From Hamiltosporidium tvaerminnensis FI-OER-3-3 (lineage: Eukaryota > Fungi > Microsporidia): a stretch of DNA of 64,000 nucleotides. The notes under the pieces are model-generated. The model saw nothing but the letters and a program-made list of their open reading frames with translations, ran no database searches and was not told where the DNA came from. This document shows positions 1 through 11,061 of the stretch, piece after piece. Position 1 is the stretch's first letter. Every line of letters begins with the position of its first letter. The translations under genes and the position numbers were made by a program. The stretch is taken from NCBI GenBank assembly GCA_022605425.2, contig JAKIMF020000005.1, forward strand, positions 1,054,001 to 1,118,000, written 5' to 3'.

Positions 1-1101
1 ATAATACTTTCTTTCAATTCACGCTTTGTAACAACGAATTTTATTTATGAGTGGTGTAAAATAGAATTTCATCCGAATGTTTTATATTTAGAAATCGCAT
101 TTTGTTATTTTGAAATTTGCAGTGAATTTTGGGATTCATTATGGTATTTTAAATACCTACAGACTTTAAAACTTTTTGACTATGAATCAAATAAAAAAAC
201 CGAACTATGTGTATTCAGAGCAATCAAAAACATGAAAGATTTAGAAAATTTATCGATTAACAATGATTTTTTAAGCAATGATTTTTTTATTTTTTTGTTC
301 AAGAAACAAGGAATCAAAATATTACATTTGAATAATTCTTATTTCAAAAGACAAACTTTAAATCTTGAAATAACTAATAATTATAAATCTCTGAACGAAA
401 TAATTTTAAAAAATATATATGTCAGTAAAAATACTCTGAAAGAAATATTTAAATTAGAAAGCTTAAGTAAATTATCTTTTCAATTCTGCGATTTGAAATC
501 AAAAAAATCCACAGAATATCTTGTGTTTATGTCAAAGAATATTAAAAAACTATATTTAATGGGCTCAGTTGTAAAAGTTTTTGAAGATTTGGATATTTTT
601 GCTGGTTTAGAATATTTAGAAAAATTACAGATTCTTGGTCGTAAAATATATTCATGTAGTCTTTCAAATATAAACTTACTTTGTAATTCAACATTGAAAA
701 GTATTTCTTATAGAAGCGGTATTTTAAATTTAAATAATTTGAATAGACTAAAATTACTTAAAGTTTTAGAAGAACTTGATATTTGTGAATGTGAGTTCAG
801 TGAATGTTGTTTCTATCAATTGGGCAAGGATTGTATGTTTTTAAATTCTTTAAAATACTTGAATTTAAGTTTCGTAAGGATTAACTTGATTGATTTTGCA
901 TATTTGAATAATTTTAAAAATCTAATTTTTATAGAACTCTCCTATTCTGGTGTTCCTCTAATTCAATTAAAATTTACACGTATTTCTTCGCAAAAATGCC
1001 ATTTTTTCACAAAAGAAACTTATGATGAAAAAAATGCTAGAAACCTTTCGAAAAGATTTATGGAAGATGGAATCGAAGGAATATATTTGAAATTGGTATA
1101 A
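1..1101 (+). CDS. Leucine-rich repeat (LRR) protein of a microsporidian-expanded family; 5'-truncated by the window edge
   Basis: Frame of ORF 232-1101 is open from base 1 (IILSFNSRF...FRAIKN-MKDLE). Repeated LxxLxxLxL motifs (LESLSKLSF, LEYLEKLQI, LKVLEELDI, LNSLKYLNL, FKNLIFIEL). Confidence 0.8.
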   Translation: MILSFNSRFVTTNFIYEWCKIEFHPNVLYLEIAFCYFEICSEFWDSLWYFKYLQTLKLFDYESNKKTELCVFRAIKNMKDLENLSINNDFLSNDFFIFLFKKQGIKILHLNNSYFKRQTLNLEITNNYKSLNEIILKNIYVSKNTLKEIFKLESLSKLSFQFCDLKSKKSTEYLVFMSKNIKKLYLMGSVVKVFEDLDIFAGLEYLEKLQILGRKIYSCSLSNINLLCNSTLKSISYRSGILNLNNLNRLKLLKVLEELDICECEFSECCFYQLGKDCMFLNSLKYLNLSFVRINLIDFAYLNNFKNLIFIELSYSGVPLIQLKFTRISSQKCHFFTKETYDEKNARNLSKRFMEDGIEGIYLKLV

Positions 1102-1999
1102 AGTTATTTTTTTTATTTTTTCAACTGTTCGGTTTAAAAATCAATAAATTCTATTTAATTTTCTATTTTTGAGGATGAATTTGTTAAATATTTAGTTTTA
1201 AACAAATTAATAGAAAATTACTATGTTTCGATTAAATCTTTAGCATATATGCATATACTTTCCTCGTTTCTTTCCATTAGACTTATAAATTTCTTGATTT
1301 TATATGTATTTAATCACTGCCGCTTCGGTATTTTTACTGGAATCGTATGTTTTTGGTCATACCAGCTACAGTACTTAATAAAAATAACAGTTTTACATAT
1401 TTTTGAACGATTTCATTCCAATGGTAAATATTATATATAATTTATATTTCTAGATAAACCAAGCATATACTCTTAACTTCGTTTTATAAAATTGAATGTA
1501 ATTCATTTTATCATAAGGTAATATTATAAATTTAGACGAAAAAACCCGGGCATGTTTACACTGCAAATAGTTCACTGCATCATTTAATTTTTTAAGTATA
1601 TCATATGCATTGCAGAATATTAGATTATTTCTGGATACAATAATATATCAACTTTTCACATTCATAAAAAATTTTTGGTTATAAGCTATATTTAAATATA
1701 GTGGCACTTTTTGTCAACATTCATGTCAAAATGTTTCTTTTTGCAAAATTTTTGTCATTGCACTTTATTACAAGTTAAACCTTTAATTAAGAGATTTTAC
1801 TTGATTTAATTTTTTTAAATCTTCTCAATATTTATTTAAACATAATTTACTTTTAAAAACTATAAACTTAGTATCTTAACTCTTTTTTCTACAATTAAAG
1901 TTTCGATTGTCTTGCTATATTTTAAAGGTTATTTATCTCATTTTCGAAAGTAGAATATCATATGATTTTTTCCCATATTTAGACACTGAAAAAAAACCT

Positions 2000-4400
2000 A
2001 TGAAAGTTATTTTTTAACTTTGCGCTGCTATTATTTTGACTTTTTATTTCTTCGAGTATTTTTAATGATTATAACCGCCTTTTGATTAGTATGAACTGTA
2101 TATACTATCATTGTTATAGTTTTCATGATTTTATTTACATATTTATTTCAGTCTGTTTATACTAGTGGTGTTGAGAAAGAACAGATAAAGTTTGACGTAT
2201 TCTATCATCTGATAACGTCTAGTATTACTCAAATCTATTCTTCTTATATGGATAGGCTGGTTTAATGTGCAAACGCTTTTCAAAATAACGTTTTTGACTC
2301 TTTCAGCCAAAATCTCTTACTTTTTCTTCATATGCATGATCCGATTTATGTGCTCAATCATTGGTTTTTTAGACTTCCTTTATATTTCGATTTATTCTTT
2401 TAGTCTATTTCAACACAAGATTATAAAAGATTGAGCTAAAGATTCTCGGTGATTTATGACTAACCGACATGCCAATAATTAACACACAAATTTTACACAC
2501 TCACTGAAAGTAGATGTTTTTTGATATGGTTATTTTCTGCTCTTCTTAATGAAGCTTTATACGAAATATTTTAGTGTATTTTTTTTTAAAAGAAGATACA
2601 ACTTATGGTATAAGCCATTGTTTTTACTCTACCTCCATAAGTGACAGATTAAGCACTAATTCATAGGTAAACTTCTGTGTCTTTAAGCTTAAAAAATTTT
2701 CTGTTATTTTTTACAATAATAACAAATTTAGTTATTACTTGCTTTTTTATCACATTGAGAACTAAAATATTTTTTATAAATTTCTGTTTGAATACAAGTT
2801 ACAATGTAGACAAATACACTTATTTCAGTGCATCATTTTTTGAGAATTTCTCGTACAATGTGATTATTTTATCGCTGCTAAAACTTGTAGTTATGTATAT
2901 TTAAAATACTTGAAATAAACATAAAATGTATAATTTAGCTTTCGATATAGACATGAACCACATTACATTTTATCAACAAGCCAAGAATATTTTTCTTTAA
3001 ATATCTGAAATAAATCTAATTTCATGAATCTTTTTTTTTACCATTATACCTTTTTTAGAAACCTCTGGCATTTATTAAAAACGTTGTATCTACCAAGTCT
3101 CTGATGCAATCTCTATGTTTATATTTATTGCAACTGAATTACTAAATCTATTACCATTAATTTTTGTTCCTACCGATTTTTCTATTCCTAGTTTTACTTG
3201 ATAGAATAATTTATTACTTTATGATATTTTTATTTCTACTCTTCTTTAAAGATTTATTTACATATTTCCAACCGATCTATGAGTTTTAAAAGCATACTTT
3301 GGCTTTTTACTCAGCAGAAGCTAAGTATTTTACAATTCAAATTGAATATAGACAATCTGCATTACACGGTCGTCTAATATGCAACATATTTCTTACAAAA
3401 AGATCGCGCCTTATATAATCATGGTTAAAGATATATGTAAAAAGTTGCATATGAGCTTTTAGTAAAATTATATCCTATTGCGTGGTTATCGAAGAAAAAT
3501 TATTTTTTGTTCTAATTCATGAACAAAATTTTCACTATATCTATAAAACCAACAAGTGTTATGTTTTTTTTGCTATTCTATTAAATCTTAAATACATAGG
3601 AAGACTCAGACCTTCAAATAAACCAGCTGATTTTCAAAGTATGAAACATGTGTGCTCGTTTCTTCTTATATATCCGAATGCTTGGTTTGATTGCAATGAA
3701 GACATTCATGTGTTGCAGAAACACATTTATGTCCCCCTATAAAGCTTTTAATGTATTATGTAATATTGTATGTTTTGCGTGAATGAGTATTTGAATAGAT
3801 TACCGATTTTTGTGGATTTTGCACATGTTTGTTTAAGATAGATTCATACACAACATAAGTAAAAAAATATCAAAATTATTTTGTCGAATTCGTTTTTCAG
3901 CTTTATGAAAGATCTTTCACTAAAATCTGATATATTAATTTAAAGTCGTAATTTATTTGTTGATAGAATTTTGATCGAGTCAATAAGTGCCGGCACTTTC
4001 GCATATGTGAGCAACTAAACATGATCTATGAGATGAGAGTTCCACCACTATTTCTCGAAAATTTAAGCTTTTATATTGATCTTCATTTATACATAAATTT
4101 GATATACCTGTACACCTTGTCGTCTATTTTGTAAAAAAAAATGATTCAAGTGATTTACAAAAATTTTGTAGCTTTTTATCTTCTAGTTGCTGATTTTGTT
4201 ACTTTCGTTGCATTTGATACCTTAAGATTTGGAAACAACCGAATGAACCATATTTCGAACCTATTGATAATAAGGCCTTAGTGATCAAATATGCAATTCG
4301 AATTGATGACTGATTGCCTCAAAACGCTCCATCAAAACAAATTATTTTCAAATCATATAGAATATTTGAAGACAATTGCAGGTTTATCGAAAAAAATATA
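2000..4400 (-). mobile_element. Highly decayed Ty3/Gypsy-like pol relic (tentative)
   Basis: Minus-strand fragments in pol order resemble RT (FFTK..INEDQYKS..SAGTY ~ FSKLD..EEDKYKTAF..NAPATF), QRFL..W (connection region) and GRVKTMAYTIS (~GKxNxxADALS, end of RNase H). Many stops; boundaries approximate. Confidence 0.3.
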
Positions 4401-4559
4401 ATTATATATGAGTCAAGCATCTTTTATATTAGAAAAAAATTAAAAATTCACAAGATCAGCAAATATAGAAAAAATTATCTTAGAAATATCTGTTAAATTT
4501 CGAACTAGATACTCAGAATACAGGAATTAAGTTTTTTCTGTTTCAAATTCAAGACCAAA

Positions 4560-5700
4560 AACTTAGAATTTCAGCACAATTTCTATATGCACGGATTCTT
4601 TTGATCCATATAACCCACAATAAAAATGACTTCGGAATACACAAACATCAATTTAATTTCCAAATCTTTATGACTTTCATAAATCGTGATTTTTTCAGTA
4701 TAAATTCGACGACACGTTTTTTCCCCTATACTCGCAGCCAGATCATATATACCGCTTGATTTTAAATTAAATTTTCGCATGTTCTTCTGAGAATTTCTCT
4801 TTTGAGTAGAGTATTTTATCGACTTATAGTCCTTTTAACTACTAATTTAGAAAATTGTCTTTTTATGTTTAAAGCACTAACGAATCACAGTATTTAACTG
4901 TGTATCGCCTCGTTAGCGTAAGCCTACGCCACAAAGAAATGTAATCCGCGTTAGTTTTTGTAATCGGAATATTAGATTTAGCATTTTGCGCTATTCAATT
5001 TATATGGTAATTTAAATTTACTATCGATTTATTTGTGGGCTTTTTTATCACCACACCTCTTTCTCTAATTTCCTTTTCAAAGAGCATCTTTATTTTGCAT
5101 AAGTATTTTCCTCCAAGGCCAACATAGAGTACAATGTCGATCAGTAAATATGCACTTGAGAGACAAGTAAAAATTCTACTTCTATTAGTTCTTTTTTTCT
5201 ATTTGTTTCGATTTTGACTTATTATTCGTCAATTTTTTAGCAATTAATTATTAATAGCACGACCAAGCTTCTCATTATAGTACCAATGAGTTGCAGACTT
5301 CTATTTCTAGTTATTTTTTATAATTACTTGCATACCACCAGGGAGAAATTTACATAATATGCCCTTGGCTGTGAATTAGATTTAATATCTTATGTATACT
5401 ATCAGCTGATCTTCTTAAGAATGGCAGTTGTATTAAAGTTTTTCATTCCTTTGGCTGATATAGACGCAGACTCATTAAGCCAAAAAATGAATAAAGGCTG
5501 TCATACAAGCGGTGTGATATTGTCAGAAACCCATTGCTTGTTTGTAAATAGGCATAGTTAAGAAAAATCGGATGAAGTAAAAGTCCTTCGTATATCGATA
5601 CTTCATCAGAAAAACCCGATTTAACCAATTTAGAATTATTTCGGACTTCTTTACAGCCTATATTTTCATGTTTTAAATTTTAGTTTCAATTTTTTTTTTC
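4560..5700 (-). mobile_element. Degenerate 5' portion of the R4/Dong-like non-LTR retrotransposon (copy A)
   Basis: ORF 4583-4780 (MRKFNLKSSGIYDL...YTEKITIYESHK) aligns with MREFNLNLSSVTDL...YEKKITMHESRK of the 30-34 kb copy. ttctcattatagtacc at ~5270 matches ~33483. Confidence 0.65.
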
Positions 5701-6399
5701 TTTCTATATTTCTAATCAATAAAAAAAAAAGGCTTTATAATTTTTTAATTAAGCTTTGTCTATGGAAATTTATTTAAATCGCGTTGCTGGTTATATCTAA
5801 GACTAAGGAAAGGAAATGTTCATTCAAAATACCTGCCTTTTAATTATAGACAATCATTTCGCTTTTTAATTTATTCAGTAAGATTAGTATTTTCCAGTGC
5901 TCTTAACGCTACTTTTTTAAAAAGCCCAAAAATAATTCTAAAAAGTATTTATTTGTACAAAACTTATAATAAACAGCAAATAAAAACAAAAAAACATTTG
6001 ATTCTATTAATATAGCACTGTATTTATGAACCCAGGAATATATCTGACACTATTATCTATTTTCTTGGAAATAATGACACAGTAGATATATTTATGTTTA
6101 TTTATGGTGACTTGAATTCCGTTAAATTTAAAGTAGAGTGAAAGAAGTTTTATTCAGAGATAAATTTAATTATCATAATACTCTATAAAAACCGCATTAC
6201 ATATTCCATCAAAGAGAATATACCATTTTCCGATGGTTGTTGATTCTTTTAACCGTAAAATTAGGATTTTCATCTCATATCACTCCTCTGGCAGCATTTT
6301 CTCGTATTTTCATAGTTAATCCTTGTAATTCATCGATTACAGATTTAAATTTAGAATTTATTTTCTTAAAAAAAAGACGATCAAAAATGGTTTTGAATT

Positions 6400-6403
6400 C
6401 CCC
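6400..6403 (+). promoter_or_regulatory. Microsporidian CCC-type motif upstream of BBP start codon
   Basis: ttCCCCtaaaATG with ATG at 6408. The same motif precedes the other three core genes. Confidence 0.6.
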
Positions 6404-6407
6404 TAAA

Positions 6408-7301
6408 ATGAAAGAAGAAAACCTCCCAGAATCCATTAAAAAAACGGGTGTAGAAACCTACATTTTATCATTACGCCTTGATATAATCAACAAACGATTA
6501 AAACTAGTCAAGACAAAAAATGAAAAAGAAAAGCAAAAAAAAGATAATATATCAAAATTTGCCATCAAAAATACAAGGACCTTTTCACCATTTATAAATG
6601 CAAGCGATCAAACTATTCAAAGTGTTCATAATACCAATCCATATAATATCACATATACTCCATATAATTTGTTACCCATTTCAAACAAAGATACACAATC
6701 ACTTCTACAAGAAATTTATAGTAATAGAAGAAATAAAATACTTTCATTACTTAAAATACACAATCCCAGCTATAGAATGCCAACCGAATATAAAGAGGGT
6801 AGTAGATATAGTAAATTAGTTTATATTCCTTCTATGGAATATCCGAATATTAATTTTGTTGGTATGATGCTTGGTCCCAAGGGTTCTACATTCAAAGCAA
6901 TAGAAACATTTTGTAATGTAAAAATGAATATCAAAGGAACTTATAAAGAGCCAAATGAAATTAAACCTTCTACAAAGAGAAATTTAGATACAAAAAATCT
7001 TAATAAAAAGTATATTCAACCAAATAAAAATGGTACTAAATTAGCTGATGAAAATGTATATAATGAAACCGATCCATTATATTGTATTGTATATGGTGAT
7101 ACTTTACATTCTGTAGAGATGGGTGTACTTGTATTAGAAAATTTAATTGAAAGCGCTATTGATATACCAGAAATGGAAAATAATTTAAAAGTAGAACAAT
7201 TAAAAGAATTAAGATCAGAAAAATCAACAGAGAAAGAAAACGTAAGCGAATGGGAGAAATATTATATCTGGTGGTATTATTATAACGTATATAATAAATA
7301 A
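6408..7301 (+). CDS. MSL5: Branchpoint-bridging protein / splicing factor 1 (KH-QUA2), divergent
   Basis: SF1 helix-hairpin (ETYILSLRLDIINKRL...NPSYRMPTEYK), KH domain (KLVYIP..EYPNINFVGMMLGPKGSTFKAIE..NVKMNIKG) and QUA2 (IPEMENNLKVEQLKEL). Start placed at ATG 6408 after CCCC (alternative ATG 6387); the ORF track begins at an upstream TTG. Confidence 0.88.
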   Translation: MKEENLPESIKKTGVETYILSLRLDIINKRLKLVKTKNEKEKQKKDNISKFAIKNTRTFSPFINASDQTIQSVHNTNPYNITYTPYNLLPISNKDTQSLLQEIYSNRRNKILSLLKIHNPSYRMPTEYKEGSRYSKLVYIPSMEYPNINFVGMMLGPKGSTFKAIETFCNVKMNIKGTYKEPNEIKPSTKRNLDTKNLNKKYIQPNKNGTKLADENVYNETDPLYCIVYGDTLHSVEMGVLVLENLIESAIDIPEMENNLKVEQLKELRSEKSTEKENVSEWEKYYIWWYYYNVYNK

Positions 7302-7377
7302 TTTAATAAATTATTATAATTGTTTTTTGATGAGTCTTTGATATGTTTTATTATAAAAAATAATTATTTTCTATTCT

Positions 7378-7545
7378 TAAAAATCTAGAAATCAAAAATA
7401 AATTTTGACAAAATATTTAAGATTCAAAAGATATTAAAAATTTAGAAATCAAAAATAAATTTTAAAAAAAGTTAAGATTCAAAAGATATAAAAATTTTTA
7501 GAAAAAATATTAAAAATTTAGAAATCAAAAATATTAAAAATTTGA
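7378..7545. repeat. Imperfect tandem duplication (~57-bp unit, 2 copies plus partial) between convergent BBP and NAT3
   Basis: Repeated aaaatYtagaaatcaaaaataaatttt...ttaagattcaaaagatat. Confidence 0.75.
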
Positions 7546-7572
7546 GAAACTTATTTTATTTAAGATCATATA

Positions 7573-8112
7573 TCAGTCATATTTTGGTATACAACACTTC
7601 CCGTCTTTATCCATAGGTAGAGATTTTCTCATATCAAATCCATCTTCAAGTGGATCAGAATAATAATTATTTATTTTTCTATAAACTTTATAAAAATTTT
7701 TAGAATAAAAACTTATAGCTGGCGTGTTAGAAATTCTGACAAATAAATCTACAAAATAAGCATTGCAAAAAGTTCCATTTAATTCAAGAAAATTCATTAA
7801 AATAGTGGCAAGGTTATATCTACGATACTGTGGTGCAACACTCAATGCAGTTACATGACCTTTTAATAAATTATCATCCATTTCGTGTTTTCCAATCAAA
7901 TACGCTGAAACGTTTTTTGTATATTTGAAATATTCGTTTGGTAGATCTTTCGGTTCTTCTGTGTTGTATAAATGAACAGAAAAACAATCCGAATCGTGAT
8001 TTAAAAGATAGTAAAGATAATATTGAAAACCATAGTTATCAGTTTTATAATCTAGATTTGCTAAATCCAAAGCAAAAATATCTTTTGGTGACATCAAATC
8101 AACTGTGAACAT
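7573..8112 (-). CDS. NAT3: NatB N-terminal acetyltransferase catalytic subunit (GNAT; NAA20)
   Basis: NLDYKTDNY..YYLYYL, GHVTALSVAPQYRRYNLA, AYFVDLFVRISN.PAI.FY, Y.VYR.I..YY..EDGFDMRKSL..D are typical Nat3 motifs. Start reassigned to ATG 8112 (ccctttaATG), giving 179 aa. Confidence 0.92.
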   Translation of the reverse strand: MFTVDLMSPKDIFALDLANLDYKTDNYGFQYYLYYLLNHDSDCFSVHLYNTEEPKDLPNEYFKYTKNVSAYLIGKHEMDDNLLKGHVTALSVAPQYRRYNLATILMNFLELNGTFCNAYFVDLFVRISNTPAISFYSKNFYKVYRKINNYYSDPLEDGFDMRKSLPMDKDGKCCIPKYD

Positions 8113-8116
8113 TAAA

Positions 8117-8119
8117 GGG
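8117..8119 (-). promoter_or_regulatory. CCC motif upstream of NAT3
   Basis: Minus strand reads gaCCCtttaATG. Confidence 0.6.
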
Positions 8120-8514
8120 TCATTTTTCAAAAAATAATAAATTTTTATTTCCAATCAAGAATCTTTCATTAAAAGTTTCCAAAGAAATATTCAGGAAGTT
8201 ATGTGTTTTAAAAAGAAATTTTGCAAAAATAGGTGATATTTGCTTATCTAAACCCTTTCACAAAGCAATTTAAACGTAAAAATGTAATTTATTTCATAAA
8301 AAAATATATACTCTCACATATGAAGTAAATTAATATATTAAGTGGATCTATTCGTTGATATTGCAACAAACATCGGAAGTTTTATCTTATAAATATTTAA
8401 ATACCTATAAATTAAAGACATATATTTTATAGCCTTCAAAAAACAACTGAAACATTTATTTAAATTCAAATTTATACTTACAATCAAAATAAATCATGGA
8501 AATATATATTTCTA

Positions 8515-8600
8515 GTAAATAGTCTGAAAAGACCGTCAAAATCATTTCTTCTGATAAACGAAGAGCGGTGTGATTCAATATCAAATTCTGAGTAGACTTA
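8515..8600 (+). mobile_element. Small degenerate fragment of the R4-like element C-terminus (copy B)
   Basis: gaaaagaccgtcaaaatcatttcttctgataaacgaaga translates EKTVKIISSDKRR vs KKTVETISFDRRR in the element. Confidence 0.45.
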
Positions 8601-9188
8601 GAAAGGAACATCACAACGTCTATAAAAGAAGCCGAGAGATACGGAAAACATATAAATTAGCAAATTAGACTTCATTGGGGGAAATGTATTAAGAAAATAA
8701 GTACCAAATATATAACCACAATGTCTGAATTAAAAGCCAAAATCAAAGCGTTGACTCAAAATATAAAAAAATCAAATAAAGAAGAAAGCCTCTCTCTAAA
8801 AAACGGAGAAAAAGGCAAAATAAAGAAATTAAAAACCAAAAATAAAAATAACCCGCTATCAAATAAATTTTAAATTTTAAGTTCTTTATTACTAGAAAAA
8901 GATATGGCTAAGGAAGATGACATTTACATCGATTAGCATGAGTTAATATTATATATAATCTTATCAGTGATCAAGTATCTGCCAGAATTAAAAAATTATT
9001 GTAACCCTAAAGCATATCTCAAACAATGATATTATCAATTCTTTAGAAACAAATAAGAAACAATTAAATATTTTAAAGTATTTATATTGCTATATCACTG
9101 ATTAGAAAAATTTATGTTAATTTAATTGAATTAAAATATAACGGTATTTCTAACGATAAGAACTAATAAATCAATTTCAATATTTTTT

Positions 9189-9378
9189 TTAATTTTCATT
9201 TAAATCCAAGCTTTCATCTTATAAGGATATTTCTCTTTTTTGTAGAAAAAGTAAATCAATAAATATTTTGAAGTTCTTAATTTTCATTTTAATCTAAGAT
9301 TTCATCTTATAAGGATATTTCTCTTTTTTGTACAAAAAATAAATAAATAAATATTTTGAAGTTCGTAATTTTCATTTC
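9189..9378. repeat. Direct tandem duplication (~88-bp unit x2 plus partial) upstream of RPL19
   Basis: ttaattttcattt..atc.aag.tttcatcttataaggatatttctctttttgta...ataaatattttgaagttc occurs at ~9189 and ~9277. Confidence 0.85.
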
Positions 9379-9489
9379 AATTCAACATGATTATAAATTT
9401 TTTAATCTTTAAACATTTTTCATTTTTTGAAATATTAAACCACCAAAATCTTTCGTTTTTTTTATTTTTTTAGTTTTTCAATTTTTCAA

Positions 9490-9493
9490 CCCC
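9490..9493 (+). promoter_or_regulatory. CCC motif upstream of RPL19
   Basis: caaCCCCacaaataaaAT|g, with AT-rich/T-rich tract upstream. Confidence 0.6.
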
Positions 9494-9502
9494 ACAAATA
9501 AA

Positions 9503-10033
9503 ATGTAAGTAAATTTATTCTCTTTACTAATTTTTAGGACAAAACTTCCATCAGTAAGAAGAATGGCTAGTGTTATCATGAGATGTGGAGAAGGAAAGGT
9601 ATGGATTGATCCCAACGAATTTACAAGAATTTCTAACGCATCTAGTCGGGAGCAGGTACGTGATCTTATAAAAGACGGATTTATAATTCAAAAACCGCAA
9701 GTAGTTCATTCTCGTTTTAGAGCCAGAGAAAGACAAAGAGAAAAGGCGAAAGGAAGACATATGGGAATTGGAAAGAGAAAGGGTACAGCCAATGCACGTG
9801 CACCTGTTAAAGAAATATGGATGAAGAAAATGAGAATAATGAGAAAAATTTTACGAGAAATGCGTAAGAGTGGAAAAATTACACCAACAGAATATCGTAA
9901 GTATTACTTACAAGTTAAAGGAAATACATTCAAGAGTCAGAAGATTCTTGTTGAGAGTATCGAACGACAGAAACTTGAAGAAGTGAAAATGAAAGAACTT
10001 TCTGAACAAGCACAGGCTTTGAAGATGAAGTGA
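9503..10033 (+). CDS. RPL19: 60S ribosomal protein L19 (eL19), two exons: 9503-9504 + 9538-10033, 165 aa
   Basis: Spliced product MTKLPSVRRMASVIMRCGEGKVWIDPNE...HSRFRAR...KGRHMGIGKRKGTANAR...YLQVKGNTFK has canonical eL19 motifs. Confidence 0.96.
9505..9537 (+). other. 33-nt spliceosomal intron interrupting the RPL19 start codon (AT|G)
   Basis: GTAAGT donor at 9505, TACTAAT branch point at ~9525-9531, TTTTAG acceptor ending 9537. Removal restores ATG in frame with the eL19 ORF. Confidence 0.92.
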
Positions 10034-10232
10034 AATTAAACGGATTTATTTTATATTTTTTTATTTTCTTTTTAAATTTAAAAAAAAAAAAAATCAAAGG
10101 AAGTAGAAGGCAAAAGTCTCATAAAAATTGGATTAAATTTTAAATTTGAACATATAAACTTCAAAAAAAAATTATTTGGAAATTTAAATTAATTTTTTTA
10201 ATAAAAAATACAAAATAATTTTCAATTTTGAT

Positions 10233-10808
10233 TTAATTCATCAATGAAGAAAATAAATTATCTATTTTTTCTTCGGGCCATTGAACTGTTCCTTTTTGTA
10301 CAACAAAATTTTCCATTTTATCGTGATATTCATAACTAAGTTTCTTATTTTTTGATTGTTTTTCATTTTTTGTAATTTTGTTAGATTTTTTACCAAAATT
10401 AAATCTTTCACTTCTGTGTTTTATCAAATTTAAAAATAATTTGGAATCACAAAATTTATTTGAATGTTTTTGTTTCAGTTCTTCTGTCATCAAATTAATT
10501 TGATTTTTCAACGTACCAAACAATACTTTATTCTCTTTATCAGACGTACAATTAAGTTTTATATTTATTTTATTTAAAGAATTTATTGCTTTATTAATTA
10601 TTTTGCCAGTTTTTTCTTTTAAATTCGGTTGTAATTGAATTTGTTCTTTTAAATCTATAAAAGTTGATGAATCTTCTTTATTGAAAGAATCTTTTCCCTT
10701 TTGAAGTAATGGTTCTAATTTTATACGTATTGTTAATAAATTTTCTATTTTACGTTGTAATTCAGTTATATTTATTTCATTGAAATTTGAACTTTCTTCT
10801 TTGGGCAT
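10233..10808 (-). CDS. BFR2: Reduced Bfr2/AATF-like SSU processome protein
   Basis: N-terminal IENLLTIRIKLEPLL resembles the AATF-Che1 LLExRIKLQK motif. C-terminal KKLSYEYHDKMENF...WPEEKIDNLFSSL resembles the TRAUB tail (GRKLxYxxxxxIxNY..W..xxIDEFF..L). CCC motif precedes the ATG. Confidence 0.7.
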   Translation of the reverse strand: MPKEESSNFNEINITELQRKIENLLTIRIKLEPLLQKGKDSFNKEDSSTFIDLKEQIQLQPNLKEKTGKIINKAINSLNKINIKLNCTSDKENKVLFGTLKNQINLMTEELKQKHSNKFCDSKLFLNLIKHRSERFNFGKKSNKITKNEKQSKNKKLSYEYHDKMENFVVQKGTVQWPEEKIDNLFSSLMN

Positions 10809-10814
10809 TTGAAT

Positions 10815-10817
10815 GGG
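10815..10817 (-). promoter_or_regulatory. CCC motif upstream of BFR2-like gene
   Basis: Minus strand reads tttaaaCCCattcaaATG. Confidence 0.6.
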
Positions 10818-11061
10818 TTTAAATATTTTTTTTATGAAAATTTTTTACTATTTTTTTTACGGGTGAAGATGGAGAAGCAATTGATAAAATAATTGTATTA
10901 TTAAAACATGGGTTAAAGTGTGTTTTTATGCCTTTAATACTCCTAGAGATCAAAGAAAAAATATACAATTTTTTTTAAAAAAAATAATGGAGTACTGAAT
11001 TATAATTTGAACAAAAAATAAAAATAGATCAAAAAGTATATTAATTATTTAATACATGCAT

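Noticed and set aside
1249-3742. Numerous 60-90 aa Phe/Ile/Leu-rich ORFs here and elsewhere
   Set aside because: Expected by chance in very AT-rich DNA; many have non-ATG starts and none has a recognisable motif.
6237-6407. N-terminal extension of BBP from TTG 6237 (includes KKRRSK, superficially ULM-like)
   Set aside because: No ATG upstream of KKRRSK, no Trp, no convincing intron; the CCC motif points to ATG 6408.
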